DNA of 64,000 nt from an uncultured Sporolactobacillaceae bacterium (GTDB lineage Bacteria > Bacillota > Bacilli > Bacillales > Sporolactobacillaceae), in NCBI GenBank assembly GCA_963829575.1, contig CAWHJF010000021.1:160767-224766 (forward strand), in the 5' to 3' direction. Every line of letters starts with the position of its first letter. Within the stretch, counting starts at the first letter, position 1. Under the pieces are notes generated by a model, which did no database searches, was not told the origin of the DNA, and saw nothing but the letters and a program-made list of their open reading frames with translations. Position numbers and translations under genes: made by a program. Shown piece by piece: positions 1 to 8,596 of the stretch.

Positions 1-197
1 TGAAAAAAGGACGAAAACCACCTCTCAAATCTCTTATTGACTGCTGAAAAGTAGCCGAACGGCACCCCAATTATGATCGCGACAATTAATGACAACAAAC
101 TAATCCACAAATGTTGTCTGACCGAAACGAGGTATGTATCAAAATTATGAGTGAAATAATGGACAATCTGCGCCCCTAACCCTAACTGACTATTCAA
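1..197 (-). CDS. ABC transporter permease (OpuB/OpuC-type osmoprotectant permease-like). Only the 5' part is present; the gene runs off the window start.
   Basis: My own minus-strand translation from TTG at 197 (GGAGA 5 nt upstream) gives LNSQLGLGAQIVHYFTHNFDTYLVSVRQHLWISLLSLIVAIIIGVPFGYF... This looks like the N-terminus and first TM helix of a binding-protein-dependent permease. It is absent from the ORF track because it is truncated by the window edge. Confidence 0.45.
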   Translation of the reverse strand, partial: MNSQLGLGAQIVHYFTHNFDTYLVSVRQHLWISLLSLIVAIIIGVPFGYFSAVNKRFERWFSSFF

Positions 198-448
198 GGT
201 AATCTCCTTTCTATTAATGTCGTATCCTGATTCCCTTCTTTCGGTTGTTTCAAACCTATTTCCTCTATTAAAATTAAGGACATCGTTTACAATCTATGTA
301 TAATCCGCAAAATAGTAGAAGAAATTTACTACGTGTTTATGGTCCGAGTATTAAAATAGATAATCTCATTCTTTCCTAACCTTAAAGGAAATTATCACAC
401 TTCCTATTCATTTTTCAAGTTAAACGCCCCATTTGGCGTTAATAATAG

Positions 449-481
449 AAAAAATCCGACCTTGTGAGGATCGGACTTTTA
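449..481 (-). terminator. Intrinsic terminator downstream of the TetR gene
   Basis: The minus strand reads GTCCGATCC-TCACA-AGGTCGGAT followed by TTTTTT. A second small hairpin (AACGCC..GGCGTT) lies at 422-440. Confidence 0.5.
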
Positions 482-543
482 GGTGAGTGACCGTCACTTT
501 GTTTTGCTAGGTCGACAAAATTCAGGAGGTGACAGGCACCCGC

Positions 544-1149
544 CTACACCATAACATTGCACAACTGTTCCAATATCTCTTCTGGTGCGTAGCCGCGTAC
601 TTCTCGTTGAAATAAATAGGCGTCACTTTTTAAAGCGGCAAGTAACAAGTCCGCTTTAAAGGTGCTGTTGGGTTGTGAAATCCCATGTGCCATCTCGTCA
701 AATAGAGTGACAAAATGATGGTGGAGTTCATGGTATAAAGGATTACGTGCGTATGGTTTTGAACCACTTCGTTGCTCAAACTCTTCGACGCCTTTTAATA
801 ACTGAGCCTTGCTTTCTCTAAACCGAATAAACAAATTTAAAATACCTCTTAGCCGCTCACGAGGTTGCTGGGTCTTATTTTCTTCTAAGTACATTTCTAT
901 TGCCTCAAAGCACATGACTACATTGTCTTTAATTAAATCTAGGCATAATTCCCCCTTATTTCGATAACGCCTATATAAGGTTCCTGGACCAATTTCCGCT
1001 ACTGTTGCAATTTGATTCATACTCACTTCTTCGACACCAAATTGTTCGAACAAGTCAGCCGCTGTCTCTAAAATCCGTTGTCGATTAAGAGCGGCATCAC
1101 GTCGTTCCGTCCGATTAAAATGAAGGTCTTCCTCTTTCATCCTGCTCAC
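544..1149 (-). CDS. TetR/AcrR family transcriptional regulator
   Basis: 201-aa ORF. The N-terminal HTH (RILETAADLFEQFGVEEVSMNQIATVAEIGPGTLYRRYRNKGEL) is typical of TetR_N. It is divergent from the 1258 gene. Confidence 0.9.
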   Translation of the reverse strand: MSRMKEEDLHFNRTERRDAALNRQRILETAADLFEQFGVEEVSMNQIATVAEIGPGTLYRRYRNKGELCLDLIKDNVVMCFEAIEMYLEENKTQQPRERLRGILNLFIRFRESKAQLLKGVEEFEQRSGSKPYARNPLYHELHHHFVTLFDEMAHGISQPNSTFKADLLLAALKSDAYLFQREVRGYAPEEILEQLCNVMV

Positions 1150-1174
1150 CCCTGAGTTTCAAATAACCTATTTA

Positions 1175-1204
1175 TTGACAAGCGGAGATATCTCCGTTTA
1201 GAAT
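1175..1204 (+). promoter_or_regulatory. Sigma-A-like promoter of the isochorismatase-family gene with an embedded palindromic operator (probable TetR site)
   Basis: TTGACA (1175-1180), 18-nt spacer, TAGAAT (1199-1204). The spacer contains the perfect 14-bp palindrome CGGAGATATCTCCG (1183-1196). A second inverted repeat, GAATAAG..CTTATTC, follows. Confidence 0.6.
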
Positions 1205-1257
1205 AAGCGATAGAGTTCTCCACTTATTCTAACCAAACGAAAAGAGGTTTACAACAC

Positions 1258-1827
1258 ATGTCCAATCAAACACTAAAATCTGCTCTACTTGTCATGGATC
1301 TTCAAAACGGCATTGTCTCCCGTTTTGCTGAAAATGAAGATGCAATTGTTCCTTTTCAAAAAGCGATCGCAAGCGCCCGCGCACACAACATTCCGGTTAT
1401 TTATGTACGTGTTGGGTTTAGTGAGGGCTACCCTGAAGTCAGTCCAAAGAATAAAGGATTTTCTGCCATTGCAGAACATGGCGGAATGACCCTAAACGAC
1501 GCCTCCACACAAATTCATGAATCAGTTAAACCACAACAGGGCGAACCAATTGTAACTAAATACCGCATCAGCGCGTTTGCCGGAAGTACACTTGAAGTCA
1601 TTCTTCGCGCCCAACAAATTGACACGCTCATTATAAGTGGTATTTCAACAAGTGGTGTGGTACTTTCAACCGTGCGTGAAGCGGCCGACAAAGATTTCCA
1701 ACTCACCGTTTTAAGCGACGCGTGTCTCGACTCCGATCCTGACGTCCATCGCGTTTTAACTGAGAAAGTCTTTCCTCGCCAGGCCGAGGTCCTTACAGTC
1801 GACGCTTGGTCTGAGACTTTAAATTAA
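1258..1827 (+). CDS. Isochorismatase-family cysteine hydrolase
   Basis: 189-aa ORF. It begins LLVMDLQNG, contains ISGISTSGVV, and ends with the ...DACLDSD region typical of isochorismatase/nicotinamidase-like hydrolases. An RBS lies upstream. Confidence 0.85.
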   Translation: MSNQTLKSALLVMDLQNGIVSRFAENEDAIVPFQKAIASARAHNIPVIYVRVGFSEGYPEVSPKNKGFSAIAEHGGMTLNDASTQIHESVKPQQGEPIVTKYRISAFAGSTLEVILRAQQIDTLIISGISTSGVVLSTVREAADKDFQLTVLSDACLDSDPDVHRVLTEKVFPRQAEVLTVDAWSETLN

Positions 1828-1850
1828 TCAAAAGAAGCTGACCAAGAAAT

Positions 1851-1940
1851 AAGAGTCAGACCCCTCGCCACACCCTATTTTTTAAAAATGGGGTGTGGTG
1901 CGTTGGCGAGGGTGTCAGACGATCCTGAGTCAGACTCTTA
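1851..1940 (+). terminator. Long compound hairpin between the hydrolase and MFS genes (terminator or structured element)
   Basis: CCCTCGCCACACCC (1861-) pairs with GGGGTGTGG..GGCGAGGG. The outer arms AAGAGTCAGA / TCAGACTCTT and a repeated GTCAGAC motif surround it. Confidence 0.45.
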
Positions 1941-1995
1941 AACATTTTTATTTAAAGTCTACGTCTCCAGGTGAACACAGAAAGAAGGCGCTCTA

Positions 1996-3393
1996 ATGGC
2001 AAACGCTCTTAGCCAGAATTCTTTTAATCAAAAATTAATCGCCCCGATGATTTTAGGATCCATTCTGAATCCAATTAACTCGTCAATTATCTCCGTTGCT
2101 TTAATTCCTATTGGGCAAGTCTTTGGTGCGCCCCCCTCGCAAACGGCCTGGTTGATCTCAGCCCTTTATCTTGCAACAGCCATTGGCCAGCCGGTCGTTG
2201 GAAAATTAATCGACGTTTTCGGACCGCGGCGTTTGTTTCTAATGGCAACTACACTCGTTGGTCTCTCTAGTCTGATCGCGATCTTTGCGCCCAACTTATG
2301 GTGGCTCGTAATAGCAAGGGTCCTTCTGGGCTTTGGAACCTGTGCCGGTTATCCGTCATCGATGTATCTCATTCGAAGTGAAGCAGAACGAACCGGCGTG
2401 GAGAGTCCGACGAGTATTCTGACCACGCTCGCGATCTCCAACCAAACCATTGCTGTCATTGGGCCTACATTGGGAGGCTTACTGATTGAATTTGGCGGTT
2501 GGCAAAGCACCTTTGTTGTGAATCTCCCTTTATCTATTGCTTGTTTTGCACTGGGTTTTGTTCGCTTTCCAAAGCCCAAGCCCAATTCTTCGGATGACAA
2601 AAGAACCCTCGCCTCCATTGATTGGTTTGGGATCTTATTTTTTGCAGTGGCGCTGATCTCCGGCCTTCTTTTCTTAATGAATCCGAGTCTGACGCACCTT
2701 TACTTACTCTTTATTGGAATACTTATGGGAGTGGCTTTTACCGTTTTCGAGTTGAAGGTACAGGATCCTTTTATCGATGTTCGAGTGCTAGGCGGTAATG
2801 CCCCTTTGTTAATGACTTACGCGCGCAGTGTGATTACCGCAACGATTTCTTATAGCATGCTTTACGGCTATTCGCAGTGGTTAGAAAAAGGCCGGGGCTT
2901 ATCCCCGTCCCACGCAGGTTTGCTCCTTTTACCTATGTTTCTCACGGCGATTGTCGTCTCTCGTTCCACAGGAAAAAGTCCGGCAATCTGGCTTAAGTTG
3001 ATGGTCGGCAGTTTATTTCAATGTGTTGCTCTTATACTCTTGCTTTTTACAACTCAAACGAGTCCGCTCGTTTTTCTCATTGGAATAGTCTTATTGCTTG
3101 GCGTTCCTCAAGGTTTACTCAATTTAGCCAATCAAAACGCCGTGTATTATCAGGCGGTTCCCGATCAAATCGGAGCTTCTGCAGGCTTATTACGCACCTT
3201 CATGTACTTGGGCGCCTTGATCTCTTCCTCAGCTAATGGCCTCTTGTTAAAAACAAATGCCATGACCGTTGGGATGCATCAAATTGCGATTTTCACGATT
3301 AGCATCAGCATGCTTTTGATCCTCCTGACAGTGTTTGACCGATCATTAAAGCGGGTTGGAGAAAACGCTCAAGCCAAAATCCTTCAACGATAA
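1996..3393 (+). CDS. MFS transporter (14-TM drug:H+ antiporter-like, DHA2/EmrB type)
   Basis: 465-aa, highly hydrophobic ORF with the MFS motif GKLIDVFGPRR after TM2. It is co-oriented with the hydrolase gene under the TetR-controlled region. Confidence 0.85.
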   Translation: MANALSQNSFNQKLIAPMILGSILNPINSSIISVALIPIGQVFGAPPSQTAWLISALYLATAIGQPVVGKLIDVFGPRRLFLMATTLVGLSSLIAIFAPNLWWLVIARVLLGFGTCAGYPSSMYLIRSEAERTGVESPTSILTTLAISNQTIAVIGPTLGGLLIEFGGWQSTFVVNLPLSIACFALGFVRFPKPKPNSSDDKRTLASIDWFGILFFAVALISGLLFLMNPSLTHLYLLFIGILMGVAFTVFELKVQDPFIDVRVLGGNAPLLMTYARSVITATISYSMLYGYSQWLEKGRGLSPSHAGLLLLPMFLTAIVVSRSTGKSPAIWLKLMVGSLFQCVALILLLFTTQTSPLVFLIGIVLLLGVPQGLLNLANQNAVYYQAVPDQIGASAGLLRTFMYLGALISSSANGLLLKTNAMTVGMHQIAIFTISISMLLILLTVFDRSLKRVGENAQAKILQR

Positions 3394-3404
3394 AATTGGG
3401 AAAA

Positions 3405-3442
3405 GTTCAAGAATCGCGATTTGTGGTTCTTGGGCTTTTTTT
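3405..3442 (+). terminator. Intrinsic terminator of the MFS gene
   Basis: The hairpin GTTCAAGAA..TTCTTGGGC is followed by TTTTTTT. Confidence 0.6.
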
Positions 3443-3510
3443 GTCGGTGCAGATGGGTGAGTGGGTGTTATGACAAGTCAAAAGACACAGAAGGATGAGG
3501 AAGAACAACT

Positions 3511-4972
3511 CTTCGTCTCCCTTTTATAACAATAACGGAACCTCGTGTCCCTTTTTTGAATTTGTGTACTCGACGTTCCGCTAACAGCTCGTTGGGTACG
3601 CTCACGGCGAGGTTACGTCCACCACGATTCGTTATTTCTTCAATTGGATCCAATATTCATAGATAAGTTGGCAAATTGAGGATCGGCGTGTCCCTTTTTT
3701 TCTGAAAACGCCCCTATTTATAACAATAACGGAACCTCGTCTCCCTTTTATGAATTTGTGTACTCGACATTCCGCTAATAGCTCGGTGTGTACGCTCACG
3801 GCGAGATTACGTCCACCACGATTCGTTATTTCTTCAAATGGATGCAATATTTATAGATAAGTTGGCAAATTGAGGATCGGCGTGTCCCTTTTTTTCTGAA
3901 AACGCTCCTATTTATAACAATAACGGAACCTCGTGTCCCTTTTATGAATTTGTGTACACGACGTTCCGCTAATAGCTCGTTGTGTACGCTCAGGGCGAGA
4001 TTACGTCCACCACGATTCGTTATTTCTTCAAATGGATGCAATATTTATAGATAAGTTGGCAAATTGAGGATCGGCGTGTTCCTTTTTTTCTGAAAACGCC
4101 CATATTTATAACAATAACGGAACCTCGTGTCCCTTTTATGAACTTGTGTACTCGACATTCCGCTACCAGCTCGTTGGGTACGCTCAGGGCGAGATTACGT
4201 CTACCACGATTCGTTATTTCTTCAAATGGATGCAATATTTATAGATAAGTTGGCAAATTGAGGATCGGCGTGTTCCTTTTTTTCTGAAAACGCCCATATT
4301 TATAACAATAACGGAACCTCGTGTCCCTTTTATGAACTTGTGTACTCGACATTCCGCTAACAGCTCGTTGGGTACGCTCACGGCGAGATTACGTCCACCA
4401 CGATTCGTTATTTCTTCAAATGGATGCAATATTTATAGATAAGTTGGCAAATTGAGGATCGGCGTGTTCCTTTTTTTCTGAAAACGCCCATATTTATAAC
4501 AATAACGGAACCTCGTGTCCCTTTTATGAACTTGTGTACTCGACATTCCGCTACCAGCTCGTTGGGTACGCTCAGGGCGAGATTACGTCTACCACGATTC
4601 GTTATTTCTTCAAATGGATGCAATATTTATAGATAAGTTGGCAAATTGAGGATCGGCGTGTCCCTTTTTTTCTGAAAACGCCCCTATTTATAACAATAAC
4701 GGAACCTCGTGTCCCTTTTATGAACTTGTGTACTCGACATTCCGCTACCAGCTCGTTGTGTACGCTCAGGGCGAGATTACGTCCACCACGATTCGTTATT
4801 TCTTCAAATGGATGCAATATTCATAGATAAGTTGGCAAATTGAGGATCGGCGTGTCCCTTTTTTCTAAAAACGCCCCTATTTATAACAATAACGGAACCT
4901 CGTGTCCCTTTTATGAACTTGTGTACTCGACATTCCGCTACCAGCTCGTAAGGCGCTCACTCGGGCGTTACA
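3511..4972. repeat. Tandem array A1: about 7.5 head-to-tail units of exactly 194 bp, non-coding
   Basis: The ORF-track starts 3653, 3847, 4041, 4235, 4429, 4623 and 4817 are spaced by exactly 194. Unit 4021-4214 is identical to unit 4409-4602. Units differ only by scattered substitutions, with no indels. The last unit decays at 4950-4972. Confidence 0.95.
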
Positions 4973-5403
4973 ACGCCATCTTTAAACCGAAAAAAAACCC
5001 TTCTAAATTCAAAGGGCGGTTGTTTCTTACGCCTCAATACGATCTGTAATATCCCGACCACCCCCAATTTGTTGAAGGAGAGTGTTCCTGCTTCATCACG
5101 AATCATTTCAACCGTCGTTTCATACCAGCGAAATAATCCGTTTTTATGTCGAACACGTCCAATGAATCTCACTGTAGCTTGATCGATGAATACCGCATTC
5201 CGTGTTTCTAATAATCTTATATTATCATCTGGATGATTTAAGGAGACGGACGGTTTTCCAATGACTTCTTCAGGCGTGTAGCCAAGTAGGGTTTCTACTG
5301 ATGGCGAAACATATGCGAAGACCCCATCTGGTGAAACCGAGAGATGGTTATCAAAGAAATACTGGAATACACCAGGATGTTCAAGAAATTTCTTTTGCAG
5401 CAT
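4957..5403 (-). CDS. Stand-alone PAS-domain protein; the 3' end is probably frameshifted
   Basis: The 148-aa ORF has a PAS fold signature (SPSVETLLGYTPEEVIGKP...HPDD...RHKNGLFRWYE). After the C5 run at 5061-5065, an alternative frame reads GGRDITDRIEA-stop (stop at 5027-5029), which is the usual PAS C-terminal boundary. The annotated tail instead runs into the repeat array. Confidence 0.65.
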   Translation of the reverse strand: MLQKKFLEHPGVFQYFFDNHLSVSPDGVFAYVSPSVETLLGYTPEEVIGKPSVSLNHPDDNIRLLETRNAVFIDQATVRFIGRVRHKNGLFRWYETTVEMIRDEAGTLSFNKLGVVGILQIVLRRKKQPPFEFRRVFFRFKDGVVTPE

Positions 5404-5890
5404 ATTTCTTTAACCACCTTAAAAAAATACTCCGATTCACCTTACATTTAAATTTTTATATTAGAGCCCCTACTACTAAAGCAACGGAAATATCTTTGTC
5501 TATTTAACCACTGAAACAAATGCCGTCTTGATTAATTTTTAGGGTGTTCAGATCATTTTTATAATCCCGTTATGTATGTCCATTACATTTTTTCATATTC
5601 ATCGTAGTATATAATAACTCAAAGGTAAGGCGGCATAACCTTTGGGTTTATAGTAAGGACGTATGGCGACATTGTTGACCCCTGATTAGCGTTACGGGTA
5701 CGATTTTCTTTTACTAGACAGCCACCCCTCTGTTCAGTTTAGACCATTCTTTATCTCCTTTTGAATGAGGCACCTTAGCCGTCTAGGGTGCCTAAATTTG
5801 TTTGAATTACTGATCCAATCAAGCACCATTTTTGTAATCCGCCTCCCTTTTTTGTAAGATGATCTTAACGCTTAATTGGGAGGGTTAAAC

Positions 5891-6208
5891 ATGGAAAAAT
5901 TAAAATCAATGGAACAGTATCATACAATTATTCAACAAGAAAATGTGCTTCTTATGTTTTCAGCAGATTGGTGCCCGGATTGCCGCTTTATTGAACCTGC
6001 CTTGCCTGAGCTTGAAGCCGAGAATAACCAATGGACGCTTTATTACGTAGATCGCGATCAATTTATTGATCTTTGTGCGGATTTGAATGTGTTTGGAATT
6101 CCGAGCTTCTTGGCGTTTAACAAAGGGTCCGAACTTGGACGTTTGGTAAGCAAAGATCGTAAAACCAAAGACGAAATTCAAGCTTTTATTGATTCACTCG
6201 TTGCTTAA
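5891..6208 (+). CDS. Thioredoxin-family protein (WCPDC active site)
   Basis: The ORF has the FSADWCPDCRF motif. GGGAGG lies 6 nt upstream of ATG 5891, so the track start at 5876 is less likely. The hairpin GCCGTC..GACGGC plus a T-run follows. Confidence 0.85.
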   Translation: MEKLKSMEQYHTIIQQENVLLMFSADWCPDCRFIEPALPELEAENNQWTLYYVDRDQFIDLCADLNVFGIPSFLAFNKGSELGRLVSKDRKTKDEIQAFIDSLVA

Positions 6209-6250
6209 GCCGTCTTACTTGGACGGCAAATTTTTCGTAATAGGAATAGG

Positions 6251-6285
6251 AAAAGACCGGCTCAATGCCCGGTCTTTGGTTTTTA
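6251..6285. terminator. Bidirectional terminator between the thioredoxin and GH18 genes
   Basis: AAGACCGG-CTCAATGC-CCGGTCTT is flanked by an A-run and a T-run. Confidence 0.6.
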
Positions 6286-6294
6286 TTCGATTTA

Positions 6295-8145
6295 CTACTT
6301 AATATTTAACATTTGACCAATATGGATTACGTTCGATCGTAATCCATTCTCTTTTTTAATGGTCGAAACGGACGTATGAAATCTTTTGGCAACTCTTGAC
6401 AAACAATCTCCACGGACTACTTTGTAATGAACGCTTTTTGCAGAACGATTTGCTGTAGATTGCGACGCTGTCTTAATCGTTATTGGTGTTGGAGTGTCTA
6501 TTCTTATTTTTAACGTCTGCCCGATTCGAATGAGACTCGAATGCAGGTGATTCTCTCTTTGAAGTTGAGAAACTGAAATGTGGTGCGATTTTGCAATTTT
6601 CGACAAACAATCCCCGCGTTTCACTTTGTATCCTAAATCGTTCACTGTCGTCTTAGGTGTCACATTGATGGATGAAGAGACTTTGATTGGGGACAGCGTG
6701 GATTTCGCTTGTGACGGGTGTGACACGGTCACCGTTTGTGTTTTCAAGGTCTTAATTTTTAAGACTTGGCCAATCCGAATCAAACTGGAATGTAACGCAT
6801 TTTCTTTTTTGATTTGAATCGTCGAGGTGTGATAGGTCTTTGCAAGTTTTGATAGACAATCCCCGCGCTTTACCTTATAAGAAATAGTCTTCGTGACTTT
6901 AATCGTCTTCGTGCCCTTCTTTGGTGCTTGAACTGGCTCGGCTTTTACTGGTTGAGTAGGGGTTGGGGTTGATTTTGGTGCAACGGGTGGTGAAACAGAT
7001 TGAGTTGGATTCTGAGTATCACTCGAAACACTCGTAGCCGTTCCATCTAATACCCTTCGGAAATAATTCCAGGTTGAAGGCTCTTCATGATTTAAACTCC
7101 AACTTCCGGTTCCTTTAAGGTTATATTTGTTCACTAACTCAATTTTTTCGCTCATCGTTTTCTGATCATCGTACCACAGTACATAGTTACCTGGCGTGAG
7201 CGTTAGGGCCCCTGCTTGACTCGTTGCATCTGTGGGTTTGATCGTAAACGTCGCTTTTTCAGTGTGTTGGGTTGGATCATAGACAACCGTCCCATTATAC
7301 TGCTTCACATAGTCCTCGACGTTTCGTTGAGAGATCGAGATGCCATAGACATTGGTGCCATTCGAAGTTGGACCATCTGTTTTCCAAAGGCGACCATAGA
7401 ACGGCAATCCAAGTACGAGCTTTTCTGGTGAAACGCCTTGGTTAAGCGCATATTGGATGGATTTCTCTACCCATGGTAAACCTGCTACCGGTCCAGGCGT
7501 TGGATCGCCAATCCAATTCTCATCATAGGCCATAATCATGAGGTAATCGGCATAGTTGGATAGCGCCTTATAGTTATATTCCCCTTGCCAGCCGTTTTTC
7601 CAGTTTCCGGGGTTCGCTGCGACGGCGACGGAAATCTCTTTATCTGGCATTCTACTGCGAAGCTGCTTAATAAAATCCGTAAGATCCGCTTGATTGTTTT
7701 CTGTCAGACCCTCAATATCTACATCGATTCCATCCAAATTCAACGTCTTCACTTGATTGGCAATCTCTTGTGCTAAAGCTTGTCTATTTTTCAAGCCCGC
7801 TTTTCCAATCGTTGGGTCCCAGTTGTTGCTCAAGTATGGCGTGACACTTAAGCCTTCCTTGTGCATCTCATCCACAAAGGCTTTACTGTATTTATCGGTC
7901 ACTTTTAAATGCCCATCATTTCCAACTTCAAAATAATCGGGTGACACAGCATTCAACGACCCTTTAGTGGTTGCGACTTCTGAAGCATAATCACCAAAAA
8001 ATAGATAAGACATATTAAATTTTTTTGTGGGTGCTGTTGGTGTTGCAGCATCTGCAAGATGGGCACCACCAATCAGGGAAGACACCACGATCGAAACTGA
8101 TAAAATGGAACCCGCAAAAAAGTTTAATGGTTTTTGAGTTTTCAT
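6295..8145 (-). CDS. Secreted glycoside hydrolase family 18 (chitinase/peptidoglycan hydrolase-like) with three C-terminal LysM domains
   Basis: 616 aa. It has a signal peptide (..GGAHLADAATP), the GH18 catalytic motif LDGIDVDIEGL, a Pro/Thr linker, and then three copies of YKVKRGDCLSKxAK...IRIGQxLKI (LysM). Confidence 0.9.
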   Translation of the reverse strand: MKTQKPLNFFAGSILSVSIVVSSLIGGAHLADAATPTAPTKKFNMSYLFFGDYASEVATTKGSLNAVSPDYFEVGNDGHLKVTDKYSKAFVDEMHKEGLSVTPYLSNNWDPTIGKAGLKNRQALAQEIANQVKTLNLDGIDVDIEGLTENNQADLTDFIKQLRSRMPDKEISVAVAANPGNWKNGWQGEYNYKALSNYADYLMIMAYDENWIGDPTPGPVAGLPWVEKSIQYALNQGVSPEKLVLGLPFYGRLWKTDGPTSNGTNVYGISISQRNVEDYVKQYNGTVVYDPTQHTEKATFTIKPTDATSQAGALTLTPGNYVLWYDDQKTMSEKIELVNKYNLKGTGSWSLNHEEPSTWNYFRRVLDGTATSVSSDTQNPTQSVSPPVAPKSTPTPTQPVKAEPVQAPKKGTKTIKVTKTISYKVKRGDCLSKLAKTYHTSTIQIKKENALHSSLIRIGQVLKIKTLKTQTVTVSHPSQAKSTLSPIKVSSSINVTPKTTVNDLGYKVKRGDCLSKIAKSHHISVSQLQRENHLHSSLIRIGQTLKIRIDTPTPITIKTASQSTANRSAKSVHYKVVRGDCLSRVAKRFHTSVSTIKKENGLRSNVIHIGQMLNIK

Positions 8146-8596
8146 ATCGCACTTCTTTCTTTGATGTAATAGTTTTGTAACATGATTTAATTATAAAGTT
8201 ACGAAAAATGAATAACTACCTTATAAAAATTGGTAATTTGGCAGAGTACTAGATTGAGCGCTTCTTTTGTAAAGCCATACTTCTTTTTCATGAGCGGTTT
8301 GAGTGCCTTCTTTCAATGCTAAACCATCATTGAGGTGAATACATTGTAAAGATGAGGGTTCGTAATGAATGGTGGATTGACTTGCGTGGATTCTGATATT
8401 TATGGGCGGAGATTCGCGACTTTAATGGTGGGATTCAATTAAAATGCGCGTGGATTCGTTCATTATGAGCGGGAATTCGATTAAATCCACCCTTTATTCG
8501 ATTAGACAACTTCGGTATTCGTTCATAGCACCTACCCATGACTCGGTGTGAAACTCAGGGATACGAACGCCAGTTTATAGCTAGGAGGTTTTATTT

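Noticed and set aside
3468-4817. A series of overlapping 61-71-aa minus-strand ORFs (MHPFEEITNRGGRNL...), one per repeat unit
   Set aside because: They are a by-product of the 194-bp repeat: each unit happens to contain an ATG and a stop. Differences between units are mostly non-synonymous, no RBS precedes the ATG, and the A2 homologues keep nucleotide blocks rather than a coherent protein.
3511-4972. CRISPR array interpretation of the tandem repeats
   Set aside because: Units abut directly with no unique spacers. The period of 194 bp is far outside CRISPR repeat-plus-spacer sizes, and there are no cas genes in the window.
5876-5890. Track start codon at 5876 for the thioredoxin gene
   Set aside because: The GGGAGG RBS lies inside that extension and is correctly spaced for ATG 5891.
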